From positions 1 to 38,073 of the forward strand of contig JBJOMY010000010.1 of assembly GCA_046052125.1 (NCBI GenBank): DNA of 38,073 bases, read 5' to 3'. The notes beneath the pieces are model-generated. The model did not search any database and was not told the origin of the DNA. It saw only the letters and a list, made by a program, of their open reading frames with translations. A program made the position numbers and the translations under genes. Below are positions 30,372-38,073 of the stretch, piece after piece; positions within the stretch are counted from its first letter, which is position 1; each line of letters opens with the position of its first letter. The stretch is from Cyanobacteriota bacterium. Its GTDB lineage: Bacteria; Cyanobacteriota; Cyanobacteriia; PCC-6307; Cyanobiaceae.

Positions 30372-30375
<4 letters not shown>
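29779..30375 (+). CDS. Stand-alone HNOBA/H-NOXA (soluble guanylate cyclase PAS-like) domain protein
   Basis: WPFHIVI...VNRIGPALKK, ITAP, LCFSGEL, LLILQP...IRDLHRYGLTLQDLSLSDPL parallels the HNOBA consensus FPFH..F.....I.Q.G..L...L.L.GQM....FL.SP....L.DL...GL.L.D...HD; start uncertain (29779 or 29815). Confidence 0.72.
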
Positions 30376-33330
<2,955 letters not shown>

Positions 33331-33338
<8 letters not shown>

Positions 33339-34173
33339 GGCCAAACAAGGAGCGCAGCAATCCCGGCTTGGCCCCAGCCTCGAGGGCGTCGCCGGGCGGC
33401 AATTCGGTAATGGATTGGGGTGCCGAGCCACTGTCAGAGGGAGCCAGCTGCAGCTGAGCCAGCGCGGCGGACACCTGCTCGCGCATCCAGAGCTCATACA
33501 TCTCATCGCGCAAGCGCTGACGCATGGGCTCGTCGAGCTGGGCTGGCCAGTGGCGCTCATGGCGCAGGATCACCCACCAACCCTCCGCCTCAAAGGGGGG
33601 CCACAGCTGCCCGGGGGTGGAGATGCGCAAACGTTCGGCCAGCACGGGATTGATGCGGCCGAGCTCCATGGGGCCAATCAAGCCATTGAGCTGCTGCTCC
33701 ACCCCTTCTGAATAAATCGAGGCGAGGTCGGCAAAGGTGTCTTCCTCTTCCTCGAGGCGCAGGTGGAGCTCTGCAGCTTTGCCACGCTCACGGGTGCGAA
33801 GCAGCGAATAGCTCACGCGGTCGAGATTGGATTTGCGTTCGAGGAAAAGGGGTTCCACCCGCGGACCGAAGGTGGCGTCCTTGAACATCTCGAGCTGCAA
33901 CGCCTGGAAAAGACGCAAACTCATCTGGGGCTCGCTGATCCCCTGGTGCTCCAGCCAAGCCGTGAGACTGACCTGGTCGGTGATGTGCTCACGGGCCAAG
34001 AAGGCCTGCTGAAAAGCCACCTGCTGCTCATGGGTTGGGGCATGAGCCACTGCATGGCTGCGCTCGAGATGACGCCGAAGCAATAACGGCATCAGGTCGA
34101 GTTCGTGCAACAGAGCCGGAAGCTGCTCCAGGGGGATGGAATCCCCAGCGAGCAACAGGGTTGGCAGAACCAT
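33331..34173 (-). CDS. PpiC/parvulin-type peptidylprolyl isomerase associated with cyanobacterial T1SS
   Basis: FLERKSNLDRVSYSLLR, ELHLRLEE.E.TFADLA..YSEG.E...NGLIGP, PGQLWPP..WWVILR.E...PAQLD. Confidence 0.85.
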
Positions 34174-34228
34174 CGAAACTCAGAGCGTCAGCAGGACCGT
34201 GGCCCTGCTGACGTTGTAGCAAGAATGA

Positions 34229-37200
34229 TCAGCCCAAGCCAAGGGCTGCCTTATTGGCATTGGTCACAAGACCAGCACTGGCAGCTGTATTGAGGTCTCC
34301 CAAGGAAACCCCAACGATTTCAGCCAGAGAGGCGACATTCATCTTGGTGTTCTCAACGGAAGCGTTCTTAGCCAAGGAGCCACTGTTGTAGTAACCGGAG
34401 TAGAGATAAGCAGACGTCACTGTTGGGTCTGTGGATGACTGGCCGTAGAGCACATAGGTGAAGTCAATGGCGGCGTCCTTACCGACACCAGCAGTTGCAG
34501 AACTGGAACCAGCGCCAGCACCAAACTCAATCAGACTCGCAATCTGTCCACGGACGAAAGAGACATCCTTGGCCTGAGCGGCAGTGACACTGCCAGCCAG
34601 AACATCCTCATACAGCTTGCCATCAGTCAATCGCAGAGCGAGGGAAGTTGTACTTTCGGTGACTTCGATAGCGGTACTAACAACACTGGTGGCCCCATAG
34701 AACAGGCCAAGCTTGTCCTGTACAGCCCCACCGGCAATCATATTGAATCCGGTGATCGTATTGAAAGCAAACGCCGTTTCACCTGTAGCACGGCCTCCAT
34801 CTGCGTTGAAGGTGGTGTAGGTGGTGGAAGCCCCAACATTAAAGATCAGCGAGTCGCCAGTGTTATCAGCCCCACCGAAAGTAGCCGTGACATTCTTGGA
34901 GTTGGTAAGCGCTGTGGACAGCTGAACCACATTGGCGCCTGCATCCCCATTCAGAGTGACCGCCGTGATGCTGCCGATGGCATCAACTTTGGCGTTACCG
35001 AAGTCAACGGTGCTGCCGGTAATGGTTGCATCATCCACACCAGTGATCGTGGTTGCTGCTTTGAGAATGGAGGACGATGCAGCCGTGAGATTGGCGGCTG
35101 TATCACTCAGGGAGTAAGTGAGTGCCCCAGTGCCATTATTGGCATCAATCGTGGCTACTTGAGCAACCGTTGCCGAGCCAGTGTTCACGTTGACATCCAC
35201 ATCGGTCTTGGTGTCGATCGTGGTGGCCGAAATGGCGGTGGCGATGGCCGCCGCCGTACCGGTCAGGGCTCCAACCTGGGTGGCGTTGACGCTGACGGTT
35301 GTCTTGGCATCCAGCTGGTTGAGCTTGGCGGCATCCAAGGTCGCGTCGTTCACCGTCAGGGTGTAGGCATTGCCGTTGCCCGTGAGGCCAAGCAGGGTGT
35401 CTGCCGCTCCGGTGGCGATCGTGGCGGTGACCACACCGGTTGTATCGGCATCCACCGTGTTGGCATCAGCAACGGACACCGTTGCATCCGTCAGGGTCGC
35501 GGCGTAGTCGGTCCTAGTGGTGATGCCATCGGCAGCGATCACTGTCTTCACATCAGCCACAAGGCCCTGGATCGTCGTCGCCGAGGTCGCATCCACCGCC
35601 ACAGTTGTCTTGCCATCCAGCGTGTTCAGCGCTGTGGCATCGACTGTCGTGTCGTTGATCGTCAAGGTGTAAGCATTGACGCCGTCAGTGAGCGCACTCA
35701 GGGCAGCCGCTGTTCCGGTCGTGATTGTGGCTGTGACCACACCATTGGTGCGGCCATCGACGGTGTTGGCATCCGCCACCGACACCGAGGTGTCGGTCAG
35801 GGTGACCTTGTGGTCGGCGGCCCTAGTGATCGACGCCGAGCCTGTGGCTGTCAGCACAGCAGCGGCCAGGCCGGTGATGGTGGTCACCGCCGCAGCATCG
35901 ACGGTTGCTGTGGTGTTGGCGTCGATCGTGTTGAGATCGGTCGCCGCTGCCGTCCCGGCATCCACCGTCACGCCCACATCGGCCTTGGTGTCGATCGTGT
36001 TGGCCGAGATGGCGGTGGCGATCGCCGCCGCTGTACCTGTGAGGGTGCCGACCTGGTTCGCGTCGACCTTGACGGCGGTCTTGCCATCCAGCGTGTTGAG
36101 CTTGGCGGCATCCACCGTGACGTCGGTCACCGTGAGGGTGAGCGCCGCATTGGCTGCACCGGTGAGTGCCAACAAGGCATCAGCCGTCGCCGCTGGAATC
36201 GTGGCGGTGACCACACCCGTGGTGTTGGCCACCATCGTGTTGGCCTGAGTCACGCTGGCTGTTCCAACCGTGACGGTGGCGGCCACGTTGGCAGCGGTGT
36301 CAATCGTGGTAGCCGTCAACACCTCAGCGATGTCAGCCGCATTGCCGGTGATGGTGGTCACAGCTGCGGCATTGACCGGCGCCGTCGTGTTGGCGTCGAT
36401 CGTGTTGAGGTCAGTCGCCGCTGCCGAACCGGCATTCACGGTCACACCCACATCGGCCTTGGTGTCGATCGTGGTGGCCGAAATGGCGGTGGCGATGGCC
36501 GCCGCCGTACCGGTCAGGGCTCCAACCTGGGTGGCGTTGACGCTGACGGTTGTCTTGGCATCCAGCTGGTTGAGCTTGGCGGCATCCAAGGTCGCGTCGT
36601 TCACCGTCAGGGTGTAGGCATTGCCGTTGCCCGTGAGGCCAAGCAGGGTGTCTGCCGCTCCGGTGGCGATCGTGGCGGTGACCACACCGGTTGTATCGGC
36701 ATCCACCGTGTTGGCATCAGCAACGGACACCGTTGCATCCGTCAGGGTCGCGGCGTAGTCGGTCCTAGTGGTGATGCCATCGGCAGCGATCACTGTCTTC
36801 ACATCAGCCACAAGGCCCTGGATCGTCGTCGCCGAGGTCGCATCCACCGCCACAGTTGTCTTGCCATCCAGCGTGTTCAGCGCTGTGGCATCGACTGTCG
36901 TGTCGTTGATCGTCAAGGTGTAAGCATTGACGCCGTCAGTGAGCGCACTCAGGGCAGCCGCTGTTCCGGTCGTGATTGTGGCTGTGACCACACCATTGGT
37001 GCGGCCATCGACGGTGTTGGCATCCGCCACCGACACCGAGGTGTCGGTCAGGGTGACCTTGTGGTCGGCGGCCCTAGTGATCGACGCCGAGCCTGTGGCT
37101 GTCAGCACAGCAGCGGCCAGGCCGGTGATGGTGGTCACCGCCGCAGCATCGACGGTTGCTGTGGTGTTGGCGTCGATCGTGTTGAGATCGGTCGCCGCTG

Positions 37201-38071
37201 CCGTCCCGGCATCCACCGTCACGCCCACATCGGCCTTGGTGTCGATCGTGTTGGCCGAGATGGCGGTGGCGATCGCCGCCGCTGTACCTGTGAGGGTGCC
37301 GACCTGGTTCGCGTCGACCTTGACGGCGGTCTTGCCATCCAGCGTGTTGAGCTTGGCGGCATCCACCGTGACGTCGGTCACCGTGAGGGTGAGCGCCGCA
37401 TTGGCTGCACCGGTGAGTGCCAACAAGGCATCAGCCGTCGCCGCTGGAATCGTGGCGGTGACCACACCCGTGGTGTTGGCCACCATCGTGTTGGCCTGAG
37501 TCACGCTGGCTGTTCCAACCGTGACGGTGGCGGCCACGTTGGCAGCGGTGTCAATCGTGGTAGCCGTCAACACCTCAGCGATGTCAGCCGCATTGCCGGT
37601 GATGGTGGTGATGCTGGTGGCATCCACGTTGGCCTCGGTGGCCGCATCCATGGCCTTGAGATCGCTGGCCAGAGCCGTCGGTCCGACCACCACAACCAAC
37701 GTGTTGGCGGTGGTGGTGCTGTTGCCGGCCACATCAGTCACCGTGGCACGGAAGCGGTAGGTGCCATCGGCACGGGCGGCAGCCGCAGGGTCTGCCACAA
37801 CAGTCCAGGCCCCACCATTGAGGCTCTGCTCGTAAACGACCGTGGCACCAGCCTCCTGGGGAGGGAGGGTGAGCGGGAAGGCCGTGGCGTTGTTCGTGAT
37901 CTTGTAGGTGGTGCCGTCGATGGTGAGGGTGCCGGTGGTGGGGGCTGTCTGATCAACCGTGATCGCATCGGCATTGCCGTCGCCAACGATCTTGTTGCCT
38001 GCCTTATCGGTCTGCTCAATCTTGATCTTGCCGGCGGCATAGGTGCCTTCCGCCAGATCAAAGCTGGTGCC
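34229..38071 (-). CDS. Giant repetitive Ala/Thr/Val/Asp-rich surface protein with bacterial Ig-like domains, probable T1SS substrate (5' end outside window)
   Basis: The frame of the 1189-aa ORF stays open from 37798 to the edge (GTSFDLAEGTYAAGKIKIEQTDKAGN..ITVDQTAP..DGTYRFRATVTDVAGN, Big-type); ~50-55 aa solenoid-like modules; C-terminal FNTITGF...DKLGL resembles T1SS cargo tails; no Cys in the visible part. Confidence 0.85.
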   Translation of the reverse strand, partial: GTSFDLAEGTYAAGKIKIEQTDKAGNKIVGDGNADAITVDQTAPTTGTLTIDGTTYKITNNATAFPLTLPPQEAGATVVYEQSLNGGAWTVVADPAAAARADGTYRFRATVTDVAGNSTTTANTLVVVVGPTALASDLKAMDAATEANVDATSITTITGNAADIAEVLTATTIDTAANVAATVTVGTASVTQANTMVANTTGVVTATIPAATADALLALTGAANAALTLTVTDVTVDAAKLNTLDGKTAVKVDANQVGTLTGTAAAIATAISANTIDTKADVGVTVDAGTAAATDLNTIDANTTATVDAAAVTTITGLAAAVLTATGSASITRAADHKVTLTDTSVSVADANTVDGRTNGVVTATITTGTAAALSALTDGVNAYTLTINDTTVDATALNTLDGKTTVAVDATSATTIQGLVADVKTVIAADGITTRTDYAATLTDATVSVADANTVDADTTGVVTATIATGAADTLLGLTGNGNAYTLTVNDATLDAAKLNQLDAKTTVSVNATQVGALTGTAAAIATAISATTIDTKADVGVTVNAGSAAATDLNTIDANTTAPVNAAAVTTITGNAADIAEVLTATTIDTAANVAATVTVGTASVTQANTMVANTTGVVTATIPAATADALLALTGAANAALTLTVTDVTVDAAKLNTLDGKTAVKVDANQVGTLTGTAAAIATAISANTIDTKADVGVTVDAGTAAATDLNTIDANTTATVDAAAVTTITGLAAAVLTATGSASITRAADHKVTLTDTSVSVADANTVDGRTNGVVTATITTGTAAALSALTDGVNAYTLTINDTTVDATALNTLDGKTTVAVDATSATTIQGLVADVKTVIAADGITTRTDYAATLTDATVSVADANTVDADTTGVVTATIATGAADTLLGLTGNGNAYTLTVNDATLDAAKLNQLDAKTTVSVNATQVGALTGTAAAIATAISATTIDTKTDVDVNVNTGSATVAQVATIDANNGTGALTYSLSDTAANLTAASSSILKAATTITGVDDATITGSTVDFGNAKVDAIGSITAVTLNGDAGANVVQLSTALTNSKNVTATFGGADNTGDSLIFNVGASTTYTTFNADGGRATGETAFAFNTITGFNMIAGGAVQDKLGLFYGATSVVSTAIEVTESTTSLALRLTDGKLYEDVLAGSVTAAQAKDVSFVRGQIASLIEFGAGAGSSSATAGVGKDAAIDFTYVLYGQSSTDPTVTSAYLYSGYYNSGSLAKNASVENTKMNVASLAEIVGVSLGDLNTAASAGLVTNANKAALGLG
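35207..37609. repeat. Two apparently identical ~1152-bp direct repeats (35207-36358 and 36458-37609), period 1251 bp
   Basis: Shadow ORFs 35676-36248 and 36927-37499 translate identically; DNA spot checks match at offset 1251; matching breaks at 35206/36457 and 36359/37610. Confidence 0.92.
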
Positions 38072-38073
38072 AA

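Noticed and set aside
35207..37609. CRISPR array or mobile element as the source of the repeats
   Set aside because: Repeats are in-frame coding duplications without spacers, terminal inverted repeats or transposase.
37738..38073. 111-aa ORF suggesting a separate gene or frameshift upstream of the giant protein
   Set aside because: The giant protein's own frame is open from 37798 to 38071 and encodes Ig-like sequence; the 111-aa ORF is an off-frame shadow.

Overview
High-GC picocyanobacterial DNA (Synechococcus/Cyanobium-like, inferred from gene content and protein style). Bases 1-~175 look like the promoter/leader of an rRNA operon pointing off the left edge. About 200-21100 is mostly core genes: a broken AEC transporter, gap1, a TMEM165/GDT1 Mn exporter, glycerol dehydrogenase-like protein, cdsA, cbiT, a PLP decarboxylase, ABC1 kinase, a group 2 sigma factor, pseudouridine synthase, RodZ-like protein, malQ, bciB, an LCP protein, prs and a GH10-like protein. 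From ~21100 to the right edge is an accessory cell-surface/secretion region. It holds a YadA-like trimeric autotransporter with two small exported partners, and a type I secretion locus (giant repetitive Ig-like protein, PPIase, HlyB-like ABC exporter, HlyD). The ABC and HlyD genes are separated by a four-gene cassette: a stand-alone HNOBA/H-NOXA (soluble guanylate cyclase PAS-like) protein, a LysR-like regulator, a catalytically dead Cys4/membrane-anchored class III cyclase homologue, and an RTX-tailed vanadium haloperoxidase. That cassette plus T1SS is the best candidate for an undescribed system. All family calls are from motif recognition by eye; no database searches were run.
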